Below are positions 7,650 through 17,107 of a stretch of 64,000 bases of DNA, piece after piece. Below the pieces are notes generated by a model. It was given only the letters and a program-made list of their open reading frames with translations, was not told where the DNA came from and made no database searches. Numbering within the stretch: the first letter of the stretch is position 1; every line of letters starts with the position of its first letter. The DNA is from a bacterium (GTDB lineage Bacteria > Krumholzibacteriota > Krumholzibacteriia > G020349025): positions 63,003-127,002 of the forward strand of contig JANLSU010000081.1 in NCBI GenBank assembly GCA_031362565.1. The letters are read 5' to 3'. The position numbers and the translations under genes are program-made.

Positions 7650-10445
7650 CTACGGCCGCCGGTAGGCGCGCGCAGTGGGGCGGAACGGACGGGTAAACCA
7701 CTCGGGGCGCCGCAGGCCGTCGGCGCGCGGTTTGACGGTCGCGAGCGCCAGCCACTCGTGATACGCCTGCATCGAGGCGGCAGTGTCGACTTCCACATCG
7801 CCATAGCGATCGTCCCGTTCGGCGCGCGTCACCGTGACCTTTTGATGCCAACAGTGCATGCCGGAAATGGGATCGGGTTGCACCGCGAACGTCAGGTTCT
7901 GATGCACACCACCATCCGTCCACCACACGCGGCTCGAATCGGGATCTTCGGACTTGAACGGCTTGATGTCGCCCGTGCGGCGCACGCGCCAGCGGCCGGG
8001 ACCCGGTTGTTCGATGCGCACCGGCGGCGCCGCCCAACGATCGGTACCCGGCTGGCCCTCGAGCCGCCAGCGCCCGAGATGATGTGAACACGCGATCACG
8101 CCCGGCCGGATCCCTTCGGTCACCCAGGCCTTGTTGACGAAGAACCCGATGCGCGTTGCGACGCGCACCAGATCCCCGGTCGCGACTCCCACGTGCGCCG
8201 CATCTTGGGGGTGAATCCACACCGGATTGCGGTTCGAGAGTTCATACAGCCATTTGGAATTCCCCGACCGCGTGTGAATCAGCGTCGGCAAACGGAATGT
8301 CGGCACGAGAACGAATTCGTTGCGCGCCCGGTCGAGCGTCGAGGGATGCACGTGACTCCGGATGTAGCCCGGCAGCACGGCATCCGAATATCCCCAATCG
8401 TCCATCGTCGGCGAAAAGAACTCGAGTTTGCGGGACGGTGTTTCGAAGCCGATCGCCGGTGCGCCGCGCGATTGCACCGCAATCGCCTTACCGTCGCGCG
8501 ACCACACGCCGCGTTCCATATCCAGCGTCGCGCCCGCAACATCCGCCGGTGCGGTATGTGTGCCGTACACCACCGGCTCGACCTCGAACGCACCGTGGCG
8601 CCGCATGTATTCGAGCGGCGTCACCGCCTCGCGGGCCGCAGCCGCCGGCAGGCCCGGCACCGCGTTTTCGAAGATCCACCGGTACTGTTCCTCGACGGTC
8701 AAGCGTTCCCCCGGCCGGTACGGCGATTCGAAGTACTGCCGCACCCCAAGACTGCCATCCGGATCCACCGCCCACGAGAGCGCAATCCAGAACTCGTCCT
8801 CTTCCCAGACTTCGCCCGGGTTCGCCTGCCAGGTCCACTCGAACGTCTCGCCGGCGCGCTCGCGCGCCACGCGCTGCACCGGCTGCCGGAAGCCGATCCA
8901 GCGCGACGCATGCGTTTCCTGGCTCATGAGATCGTGGCGCTCGGGTCCCAATCCCATCGGCAATACGTAGTCGGCAAAGAGTGCTGTCTCGCTCCACACC
9001 GGCGTCAGTGCGGCGTGCAGGCCGATCTTCGATTCGTCCTGCAACACTTCCATCCAGGTGAAACCATCGGGATTGGTCCACACCGGGTTGTAGACGCGCG
9101 TGAAGTAGACGTCGACCTTGCCGCGGCCTTCCTTCAAGAAGTGCGGCAAGAGAAACGACAGTTCGTGATGCGACAGCGGCCACTCCGGGGGGAAGAGCAA
9201 TTCGCTCCACACGTCCTGCGGCGGCGGCTTGCGCCAGCGCGCCGGCACGAACTTGTTCGCTGTGTGTTGCGAGGTACCGCCCGGCGTATTCACCGAACCC
9301 GTGAGCACGGTGAGAAACTGCAAGCAACGCGCTACCTGCCAGCCGCCGCGATTCCCGGATGCGGCGTTGCGCCACACGTGCGACGCGAAGGCGCCGCGGG
9401 CGCGGCCGATCTCGCGCCCCACGTCCCGCACGACATCAGCCTCGACGCCGCACTCTTCCGCCACCCACTCGGGCGTGTAGCGCGCGTACTCGGCGCGCAG
9501 CAGGGCGCGGAACGCTTCGAAAGTCGCCGGCTCACCCGGTTGGCGCACCGCGAGCCATGCATCCCAATTGACCCACGTGCGCATGAACTCGAGGTCTTCC
9601 AAGCCTTCCGCCAAGATGACGTGCGCGAAGCCGAGGAGCAGTGCCGCTTCGCTTCCCGGATGCGGCGCAATCCACCAGTCGCTCATGGATGCGGTATTCG
9701 ACAAACGAATGTCGACGGTGGCGATCTTGCAGCCCGCATTCTTGGCATCCAGAATGCGCTGCGCTTGTGGATTGAAGTAGTGGCCGGCCTCCAAGTGCGC
9801 CGACAAAAGTAGAATGAACTTGGCGTTCGCGTGATCTGGCGACGGCCGATCGCTCCCCGACCACAATTCATAGCCCAAGCGCGCCGCCGCCGAGCAGACG
9901 TTGGTGTGGCTGTTGTGGCCGTCCACACCCCATGCCTGCAGAATGCGCTCCATGGCGCCATCGTGCCCCGGGCGGCCGACGTGGTACATCACTTCGGTAC
10001 GGCGATTCTCGACCAAGGCCTTGCGAATGCGCGCCGCGAAGGTCGCGATGACCTCGTCCCAAGTTGTCCGCTCCCACTGACCCGATGCCCGCGGCCCAAC
10101 GCGCTTCAGGGGATAGAGAATGCGCTCCGGATCGTCGACTTGATTGAGCGTCGCCGGGCCCTTGGCGCAGTTGCGGCCGCGCGAACCCGGGTGGTACGGA
10201 TTGCCTTCCAGCTTGCGAATCTTGTTGGTCTCGCGGTCGACATAGGCCACGAGACCACACGCCGCCTCGCAGTTGAAGCAGATCGTCGGTACCAGCCGGT
10301 AGTGATGCTCGACGCGCCGCGGCCACGCCTTGGGATCGTATTCGACCCAATCGTCCCAGCGATCGCGCGGTGGAAACGATTCCAGCTTGGTCACTTGCCA
10401 GGCCGCACCCGACGGCGCGACGGCGGAATCTTCGGTTGGCTTCAC
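7650..10445 (-). CDS. Molybdopterin (bis-MGD, DMSO reductase family) oxidoreductase catalytic subunit, substrate unknown
   Basis: FS0 motif CFNCEAAC...GRNCAKG; ERILYPLKR; HTNVCS; ETALFADYVLP; C-terminal dinucleotide-binding domain (VWIHPQDAAHVGVATGDLV). No twin-arginine signal. Confidence 0.92.
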   Translation of the reverse strand: MKPTEDSAVAPSGAAWQVTKLESFPPRDRWDDWVEYDPKAWPRRVEHHYRLVPTICFNCEAACGLVAYVDRETNKIRKLEGNPYHPGSRGRNCAKGPATLNQVDDPERILYPLKRVGPRASGQWERTTWDEVIATFAARIRKALVENRRTEVMYHVGRPGHDGAMERILQAWGVDGHNSHTNVCSAAARLGYELWSGSDRPSPDHANAKFILLLSAHLEAGHYFNPQAQRILDAKNAGCKIATVDIRLSNTASMSDWWIAPHPGSEAALLLGFAHVILAEGLEDLEFMRTWVNWDAWLAVRQPGEPATFEAFRALLRAEYARYTPEWVAEECGVEADVVRDVGREIGRARGAFASHVWRNAASGNRGGWQVARCLQFLTVLTGSVNTPGGTSQHTANKFVPARWRKPPPQDVWSELLFPPEWPLSHHELSFLLPHFLKEGRGKVDVYFTRVYNPVWTNPDGFTWMEVLQDESKIGLHAALTPVWSETALFADYVLPMGLGPERHDLMSQETHASRWIGFRQPVQRVARERAGETFEWTWQANPGEVWEEDEFWIALSWAVDPDGSLGVRQYFESPYRPGERLTVEEQYRWIFENAVPGLPAAAAREAVTPLEYMRRHGAFEVEPVVYGTHTAPADVAGATLDMERGVWSRDGKAIAVQSRGAPAIGFETPSRKLEFFSPTMDDWGYSDAVLPGYIRSHVHPSTLDRARNEFVLVPTFRLPTLIHTRSGNSKWLYELSNRNPVWIHPQDAAHVGVATGDLVRVATRIGFFVNKAWVTEGIRPGVIACSHHLGRWRLEGQPGTDRWAAPPVRIEQPGPGRWRVRRTGDIKPFKSEDPDSSRVWWTDGGVHQNLTFAVQPDPISGMHCWHQKVTVTRAERDDRYGDVEVDTAASMQAYHEWLALATVKPRADGLRRPEWFTRPFRPTARAYRRP

Positions 10446-11941
10446 GAGATCGCCACCGCCTGTCCGGCGCGAATCCAGGCGCGCTCATAGAGCAGCAAGG
10501 CAAAGGTCGCAAGTGTCGCGGCGAGCGCGCCGCAAACCGCCGCCGGCACCGGGCCCGACAGCACCATGTGCCCCGTCCCCAGCATCGCCGCACCGGCTAG
10601 GAAAAGCGGCAGTTGCGATTTCATGATGGCGCGCCCGAGATACACCTGTGCCTTGCGCGCATCGGTGGTGCGCGGCCGGTGGCGTAATTCGCCGCCAAGC
10701 ACCAGCGTGTTGACGAGCGACAACGCCGCCAAAAGCGCCCCCGCCGTATGCAGCACTCCCGGCGCACCGGGCAGCACGACGGCCACGGCTGCGCCGAGGA
10801 ACGCAGCGCGCAGGACGAGCCGCGTGAACAAACCGCGCTCCAACCACAGATCGCGGCCACGACACTGGGCGAACAACCAAGCGCTGTAGCCCGAAACCAA
10901 AATCCCGAGTGGTACTCCGAGCCAACGCGCTACATCGGCGAGCATGCCTTGGCCCAGAACGCGCAGAACGAGCGATGCGCTCGTCGTCGCGCCAAACGCC
11001 ATCAGCACCCAAGCGCCCTTGACGAGCCATGATTTCGTATTCGGCCGCAAGACGAGGCGCCAAAAACGCTCCGGCCGCCCCAAGTCATGAATCAACAGCA
11101 CGCTCGTGATCGCCGTGAACAGGAGTGCGACGACCTCTGGCACGTAGTCACGCGCCGCCCCCGCACGCACGCCCAAAAGCCCCAAGAACGGTGCGACCAG
11201 CGCCGCGCCGGCGGCGATGTTCTTGGTGACGAGATATGTCCAGACATGCCAGCCCCACTGTGGCGCGTGTCCGACATCGAGCGTCGTCGTGACATCGGGA
11301 ACGGGGTCGAGCCCGGCGACGCGCGGCGGCGGCGGCGTAGCGCGATCCGACCACAGCCAGGCGGCAGGTTCGGCGGCCGCGCCGGGCACGAGCGCTTCCG
11401 GCAGCGCATCGATGTACCACACCCGCGGCCCGGTGCCCTTTTCGAGCCGGCGGCGGCTCGTGGGCTCGTCCTGAATGAGGCGCGCGATCTTCGATTCGGG
11501 ATCACTCACATCTCCGGAGACGATGGCTTCCGCCGGGCAGACGATGACGCACGCCGGTTCGAGACCCAGTTCGGTGCGATGCGCGCAGTAGTGGCACTTT
11601 TCCGCCACGCCCGTGTCGGGATGGAAGTAGAGCGCGTCATACGGGCACGCTTGCATGCACGCGCGACAGCCGATGCACTTGTCACGGTCGAGATCGACGA
11701 TCGCATCCGGGCGCTTGTTCAACGCATTCACGGGGCAAATCTCGACGCACGGCGCGTGGTCGCATTGATTGCAACGCAGCACCGTGAAGTGCCGGCGGAC
11801 CGACGGAAACGTGCCCTTTTCGACGTACTTGACCCAAGTGCGGAAGCTGCCGAGCGGGACCTCGTTCTCCTGCTTGCAGGCGACAGTGCAAGCGTGGCAG
11901 CCGATACACTTCCGTTGGTCGATGACGAAGCCGACCTGCAT
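10442..11941 (-). CDS. Fused 4Fe-4S dicluster (NrfC/PsrB-like) and NrfD/PsrC-like membrane anchor
   Basis: CIGCHACTVAC, CNQCDHAPCVEICP, CIGCRACMQACPY, KCHYC...PACVIVCP, followed by WGWHVWTY...DLGRPERFW...SWL and several TM helices. GTGA overlap with the catalytic subunit. Confidence 0.92.
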   Translation of the reverse strand: MQVGFVIDQRKCIGCHACTVACKQENEVPLGSFRTWVKYVEKGTFPSVRRHFTVLRCNQCDHAPCVEICPVNALNKRPDAIVDLDRDKCIGCRACMQACPYDALYFHPDTGVAEKCHYCAHRTELGLEPACVIVCPAEAIVSGDVSDPESKIARLIQDEPTSRRRLEKGTGPRVWYIDALPEALVPGAAAEPAAWLWSDRATPPPPRVAGLDPVPDVTTTLDVGHAPQWGWHVWTYLVTKNIAAGAALVAPFLGLLGVRAGAARDYVPEVVALLFTAITSVLLIHDLGRPERFWRLVLRPNTKSWLVKGAWVLMAFGATTSASLVLRVLGQGMLADVARWLGVPLGILVSGYSAWLFAQCRGRDLWLERGLFTRLVLRAAFLGAAVAVVLPGAPGVLHTAGALLAALSLVNTLVLGGELRHRPRTTDARKAQVYLGRAIMKSQLPLFLAGAAMLGTGHMVLSGPVPAAVCGALAATLATFALLLYERAWIRAGQAVAIS

Positions 11942-11967
11942 GACGCTCCCTGGCTCGGGAAGCGGCC

Positions 11968-11997
11968 AGCATGTCACGCGCGTTGCGTCAGTGTCAA
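11968..11997 (-). promoter_or_regulatory. Candidate sigma70 promoter for the oxidoreductase operon
   Basis: TTGACA-18 nt-CATGCT with TG extension, upstream of ATG 11941. Confidence 0.45.
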
Positions 11998-12112
11998 TTC
12001 GGTGCTGGGTGAACCGTGCGATGCGTCCGGACTTGACGCGACGCGCGCCGCCGCTAAGAATCGCGGTTGCGGCCTTGGAAAGCCGCGCGGCCGCCTTGAC
12101 GAAGGAGAACCC

Positions 12113-13198
12113 ATGGTTTCGCGCCGAGGCCTCGTGATGATGTGGTGCGTGGCAAGCGCCACCGGAATGACTCTCGCCCGCACGGCGGCCGCGCAGCCGA
12201 GCGTCACGGCAGCGCCGATTCCACTCGGCCTTCTCGAGGACGAGCGCAACACGATCGCGGTCTTCCGACGCTGCTCCAGGTCGGTCGTCTTCATCGTCAA
12301 TGCCCGAACCCGGCGTGACATCTTCACGTTGAACGCGGTCGAAGTCCCGCAGGGCTCCGGCTCCGGCTTCGTGTGGGACACTCTCGGCCACGTCGTGACC
12401 AACTTCCACGTCGTGCAGGGCGGCGATGCGTGGAGCGTGACGCTCTCCGACGGCAAGCGCTATGACGCCGAACTGGTGGGAGCGGAGCCCAACAAGGACT
12501 TGGCGGTCTTGCGCATCAAGGCGCCGGCATCCGCCCTGGTAGCGCTCGATCTCGGCAATTCCGAAGGCCTCGTGGTGGGACAGAAGGTCCTCGCGATCGG
12601 CAATCCGTTCGGGTTGGATCAGACGCTCACGACGGGCGTCATCAGCGCCCTCGGCCGGGAAATCAAGTCCGTCGCTGGAACGACTATTTCTGACGTCATT
12701 CAAACGGATGCGTCGATCAATCCGGGGAACTCCGGCGGGCCATTGCTCGATTCACCCGGCCGGCTCATTGGATTGAATACCGCGATCTACAGCCCGAGCG
12801 GTGGAAGCGCCGGCATCGGCTTCGCGGTGCCGGTCGCGACCATCAAGCGCGTCGTGCCGCAGATCTTGGAGTTCGGGCACGTCAAGCGTGCGGGCCTCGG
12901 CGTGACGCCGCTCGCGGACGGCGTGTCGCGGCAGTACGGGATCGACGGGGTCGTGATCCGCGATGTGGCGCGCGGCGGCGCCGCGGCCCGCGCCGGACTG
13001 CGCGGGTTGCAAGTGGACCGCTTCGGCAGCGTGATCCTGGGCGACATCATCATCGGCATCGATGATCGCGAGATCCACACCTTCGACGACATGTACCAAG
13101 CGCTCGACCGCCGGCATGCCGGTGATCACGTGCGCGTGCGCTTGCGCAACGATCGTCGGGAACGCGCCGTGGATCTTGTGTTGCAGGAGCTCGACTGA
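12113..13198 (+). CDS. HtrA/Deg-family trypsin-like serine protease with one PDZ domain
   Basis: GSGSGF, VTNFHVV, DLAVL, IQTDASINPGNSGGPL, C-terminal PDZ; AAGGAG before ATG 12113. Confidence 0.95.
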   Translation: MVSRRGLVMMWCVASATGMTLARTAAAQPSVTAAPIPLGLLEDERNTIAVFRRCSRSVVFIVNARTRRDIFTLNAVEVPQGSGSGFVWDTLGHVVTNFHVVQGGDAWSVTLSDGKRYDAELVGAEPNKDLAVLRIKAPASALVALDLGNSEGLVVGQKVLAIGNPFGLDQTLTTGVISALGREIKSVAGTTISDVIQTDASINPGNSGGPLLDSPGRLIGLNTAIYSPSGGSAGIGFAVPVATIKRVVPQILEFGHVKRAGLGVTPLADGVSRQYGIDGVVIRDVARGGAAARAGLRGLQVDRFGSVILGDIIIGIDDREIHTFDDMYQALDRRHAGDHVRVRLRNDRRERAVDLVLQELD

Positions 13199-13433
13199 GG
13201 CGCGCGCGGCGCCGGACGAAGAGGATCCCCAGCGCCCTGCCAAGGGGTCACGAACGACGTGGAGCGGCCGGCACGGATTGAATGATCGCCAGACGGGGGG
13301 TGTACGCGGTAGATTCCCCCCCGCGGCGAGCCCCAAACCTCGCCGTTCGCCCGGCCAAGCCTTGGCGCTCGAGCCCGGTGACTCACACCAGCGTTGCCAC
13401 ACAGGCCCATGCCGGCCTCAAGAAGGACTCGCA

Positions 13434-14048
13434 ATGCCGCGCATCCCGGCCCGACTCGTCGCATCCGTCGTGGGATTGTCGCTCTTGGCTTCCACGGCGC
13501 ACGCCCAGTTCGGCGGCGTCGTCCCGCGCCAGAAGCTGTTTGTTTTCGGGATCGGCGGCGGCGTCGCCGTGCCGGTCAGCAATGCGCGAGATGCCTTCAA
13601 GAACGGCTTCAACGGGCTCGCCTACGTTCGCGTTCAGCCGCCCGTCTTGCCGGTGAGTTTCGGTGTCAACGTCACGTTCCAGCGCTTCGACCTCGCTGAT
13701 GCGGAAGTGACCGTCGGCGGCGTGACCACGGCGCAGTCCAGTGGAACGGGTGAACTCCTGGCCGGGCTCGGCGACATCAAATACGATCTCTGGCCGGGAC
13801 CGATCCACCCGTACCTCATCGCGGGATTGGGCGCCTATAACCTGAAGACCGACCCCAGCGGGGCCGCCGCGAGTTCACAGTCCGAGACGCGTTTTGGTAT
13901 CAACGGCGGAGCGGGCTTGGCGCTCCGGTTCGGCCGGATCAGCGGCTACATTCAGGGGCGAGTGGACAACGTGTACACGAGCGACACCGGTGCCATCGAC
14001 ACCAAGTCCATTCGTGTTATCCCCGTGACTCTCGGCATCGAGTTCTGA
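13434..14048 (+). CDS. Outer membrane beta-barrel protein (small, OmpA-TM-like)
   Basis: Signal peptide ending AHA; alternating beta strands; PYLIAGLG; terminal LGIEF. Confidence 0.8.
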   Translation: MPRIPARLVASVVGLSLLASTAHAQFGGVVPRQKLFVFGIGGGVAVPVSNARDAFKNGFNGLAYVRVQPPVLPVSFGVNVTFQRFDLADAEVTVGGVTTAQSSGTGELLAGLGDIKYDLWPGPIHPYLIAGLGAYNLKTDPSGAAASSQSETRFGINGGAGLALRFGRISGYIQGRVDNVYTSDTGAIDTKSIRVIPVTLGIEF

Positions 14049-14068
14049 GTTCTGCCGGCGCCGTCCGT

Positions 14069-14824
14069 TCAGCGTTTGCCGATCGTCTTGTCGAGGTAGC
14101 TGCGAATCGCCGCCGCGGATGCCGGCGAGCGCCACATGGCGCGCACTTGGGCGTCCATTTCGCGCTCGAAACGGGCGATGCGATCCACCGTCGGTTGGCG
14201 GAGTTCGCGTTTGGCGAGCGCGAAGGCGCCGGCGGGAATGGCCGCGTAGGATTCCGCCGCAACTCGCGCCCGTTCCAACAAATCGTCGGCGGGCACGACT
14301 TCATCCACCAGCCCGCGCCGGCGTGCTTCTTCGGGCGCAAACGTGCCGCCCCCATAAATGATCTCCGCCAGACTCTGGTGATTGGCGCCAAACCGCACTA
14401 GCTCGAGCGCCACGGTCGGAAATGGAACGCCGACGCGTAGTTCCGGCACCCCGACCCGGCCCTTACCGTCGGCCATCAAACGCAGATCGCCGGCACACGC
14501 CAGCACGCAGCCGCCGGCGATCGCATGGCCGTTCATGGCGACAATGACGGGACGCGGAAACGTGAAGACGCGGAACAGCACTTGCGACAAGAGCGGCAAG
14601 AAGCGATCGACGTACTCGGCGCCGCCGTCCAAGACACGGAAGAGATCGACACCGGCCGAGAACGCACTCCCGGCGCCGGTCAGAACCACGGCGCGCGCAT
14701 CTTCCTGCTCGAGACCCACGAACGCCTCGCCGAGCGCCTGCAACAACTCGACGTCGAGGGCGTTCACCTTGCCGCGCGAAAGCCGCAGCACCGCGATCTC
14801 GCCCCAGCGCTCTCGTTCAATCAT
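14069..14824 (-). CDS. Enoyl-CoA hydratase/isomerase family protein
   Basis: VNAL, AFSAGVDL, AMNGHAIAGGC, PELRVG, GLVDEVV; GAGGAG RBS. Confidence 0.93.
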   Translation of the reverse strand: MIERERWGEIAVLRLSRGKVNALDVELLQALGEAFVGLEQEDARAVVLTGAGSAFSAGVDLFRVLDGGAEYVDRFLPLLSQVLFRVFTFPRPVIVAMNGHAIAGGCVLACAGDLRLMADGKGRVGVPELRVGVPFPTVALELVRFGANHQSLAEIIYGGGTFAPEEARRRGLVDEVVPADDLLERARVAAESYAAIPAGAFALAKRELRQPTVDRIARFEREMDAQVRAMWRSPASAAAIRSYLDKTIGKR

Positions 14825-14844
14825 GTCGCCAGTCTCCTCTTCGA

Positions 14845-17007
14845 CTACGGCCGGGCCGGGCTCTGCAACCAGCGGTCGAGCCACGTGAGCACGGCGTCGT
14901 GCCACAGAATCGACGTCTGCGGTTTCAGGATCCAGTGGTTTTCGCCCGGGAAGTACATCATCTCGGACGGGATGCCTTTGCGCTGCAAGGTTGCGAAGGT
15001 CGCGAGCCCTTGGCCCTCGGGAACGCGGTAGTCGCGGCCGCCGAAGGTCACGAGCATGGGCGTTTTCCATTTGTCGACGAAGGCGCTCGGCGACCAGCGC
15101 GCATAGGCGGTCGGATTCTCCCACGGCGTGCCGCCGAACTCCCATTCCGGAAACCATTGCTCTTCGGTTCCGCCCCAAAAGCTCGCCATGTCGAAGAGCC
15201 CGGCGTGACTGACGAGGCAACGGAAGCGATCGGTGTGCCCGGCGATCCAATCCACCATGTAACCGCCGTACGAGCCGCCGGCCGCCGCGAGGCGCGTGCT
15301 GTCGATCCACGCGGTTGTCGCAATCGCGTGATCGAGGGATTTCATGAGGTCCTCGTACGGTTTGCCGCCCCAGTCACTATTGATGCCATCGGTGAACGCC
15401 TGGCCGTAGCCGGTCGAACCGCGCGGATCGGGCGCCAGCACGCCGTACCCGGCACCGGCGTAGACTTGCGGATTCCAGCGATAGCTGAAGCGATCGTCCC
15501 ACGAACTTTGCGGACCGCCGTGCACGAGCAACACGAGCGGATATTTTTCGCCCTCCCGCCGTCCCACCGGTGGGAACAACCACGCATGGACGCGCGTCGC
15601 ACCGGCACCTTCGCACCAGATCTCTTGTGGTTCGCTCAGATGCACGTTGGCAAGTGCCGCGGTGTTGGATTCGGTCAGGCGCGCGATATGGCTGCCATCC
15701 GCAAGGCAGGTCCACACTTCCCCGGGTGCGGTCAGCGACTCGCCGACGAAGACCAGCCGCTCGCCCCCAGCCGAGCGAAACGCCCGCACTCCGGTCGCAG
15801 AACCTGGATGCGCGATCTTGCGCGCCTGACCGCCGCCTACGTCGACGGCATAGAGTTGGCGGCGCGCCTCGTCGCCGACGCTCACATACAGTTTCTTGCC
15901 GCCCGGGGACCAGACGATCTCACCCGGCGAACGGTCCCACGCTTCGGTGACGACGCGCCGTGTGCCGCTCGCGATGTCGTAGATGACGATGCGCTCGCGG
16001 TCGGCTTCGTAGCCGGGGCGCACCATGGCCAAGTAGGCCACCGATTTGCCGTCCGGCGCAAACGCCGGCGCGGTATCGACGGCGAGATTCGAAGCCGTGA
16101 TGCAACGGAATCCCGAACCGTCGGCGGCCCCCAAATAGAGATCAAGATTGGTCGTCCATGCCGCCGACGGATTGTGCGACCGCGCCGTGAAGACGACGTT
16201 GGTGCCGTCCGGCGACCAATCGTAGGACTCGGCGCCCCCGAACGGCGGCGGCGGCGCATCCATTTCGGCGCCGCGCACGATGTCGATGGGCGTGCCGCCC
16301 TTGGCCGGTACGACGAACAAATGTTTGACGCGGCCCGAGTCCCAAGTATCCCAGTGGCGGATCAAGAGATGATCGTAGCGCCGCACGAGGACACCGTTGC
16401 CTTCGAGCTTCTGGGTGCGCTCTTTGGTGCACGCGAGTGTCGCGCAGTCGGGATACACCTCGGCGGCGAATGCGAGTGCGGCGCCGTTCGGTGACCAACG
16501 AAAGTTCTCGACATCGACCGGCAGGTCCGTCAGCGCGCGCGGCTCGCCACCGGCTAGATCGAGGTTCCAGATCTGCGTCGAACCACTGCGGTCCGACAAG
16601 AAAGCGACGCTCCGGCCGTCCGGCGACCAGCGCGGGCTCGAATCGCTCGCCTTCGCCGTCGTGATGCGCCGCGCCGTGCCACCCGCGACCGGCACGAGCC
16701 ACAGGCTCGACCGGCCTTTGTTGGCTTTGACATCGAAACTCTTACGCACATAGGCAACCCAAGCGCCATCCGGCGAAGGTTGCGGATCGGAGACGCGTTC
16801 GAGCGCCCAAAGGTCGCGCACGCCGAGAGCGTGCGGCCCCGATGGCGGTGCAAGGCTGTCGGGTGGTGCCAGCGGTTGCGAGGCGCCCGTGCCGGTGCCG
16901 GCGCAGAACAACGCCACAGCGCCGAGCCACTGACCCGTCCATCTCGCCCGACGGTCCCGTCCACGTACTGCTCCGCGCCGCTTCACAACGCAGGAGATTG
17001 CCGGCAT
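14845..17007 (-). CDS. S9 family peptidase (dipeptidyl/acylaminoacyl peptidase) with beta-propeller
   Basis: WSPDG propeller repeats, HGGPQ, GGSYGG nucleophile, DYRVP, ENHW. Start approximate. Confidence 0.93.
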   Translation of the reverse strand: MPAISCVVKRRGAVRGRDRRARWTGQWLGAVALFCAGTGTGASQPLAPPDSLAPPSGPHALGVRDLWALERVSDPQPSPDGAWVAYVRKSFDVKANKGRSSLWLVPVAGGTARRITTAKASDSSPRWSPDGRSVAFLSDRSGSTQIWNLDLAGGEPRALTDLPVDVENFRWSPNGAALAFAAEVYPDCATLACTKERTQKLEGNGVLVRRYDHLLIRHWDTWDSGRVKHLFVVPAKGGTPIDIVRGAEMDAPPPPFGGAESYDWSPDGTNVVFTARSHNPSAAWTTNLDLYLGAADGSGFRCITASNLAVDTAPAFAPDGKSVAYLAMVRPGYEADRERIVIYDIASGTRRVVTEAWDRSPGEIVWSPGGKKLYVSVGDEARRQLYAVDVGGGQARKIAHPGSATGVRAFRSAGGERLVFVGESLTAPGEVWTCLADGSHIARLTESNTAALANVHLSEPQEIWCEGAGATRVHAWLFPPVGRREGEKYPLVLLVHGGPQSSWDDRFSYRWNPQVYAGAGYGVLAPDPRGSTGYGQAFTDGINSDWGGKPYEDLMKSLDHAIATTAWIDSTRLAAAGGSYGGYMVDWIAGHTDRFRCLVSHAGLFDMASFWGGTEEQWFPEWEFGGTPWENPTAYARWSPSAFVDKWKTPMLVTFGGRDYRVPEGQGLATFATLQRKGIPSEMMYFPGENHWILKPQTSILWHDAVLTWLDRWLQSPARP

Positions 17008-17107
17008 CGCGTCGCCTTTCATTCTCGGGACGAAATTGCGTGCATTGATCACGGCGGCATTCGGGGCGGGAGTGTACCAGAGCGGACCACAGATGTGGCC
17101 GCCGCCC

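Noticed and set aside
7650..10445. Calling the molybdoenzyme a formate dehydrogenase or selenoprotein
   Set aside because: The ORF is uninterrupted (no in-frame TGA), and the ligand Cys is followed by Ser rather than the His typical of FDH.
11087..12703. Apparent long N-terminal extensions or fusions (ORFs 10442..12703, 11087..13198; also 17108..19468, 38158..40074, 52585..54279, 55307..57529)
   Set aside because: The extensions overlap neighbouring real genes; internal starts at domain boundaries, mostly with SD sites, explain them.
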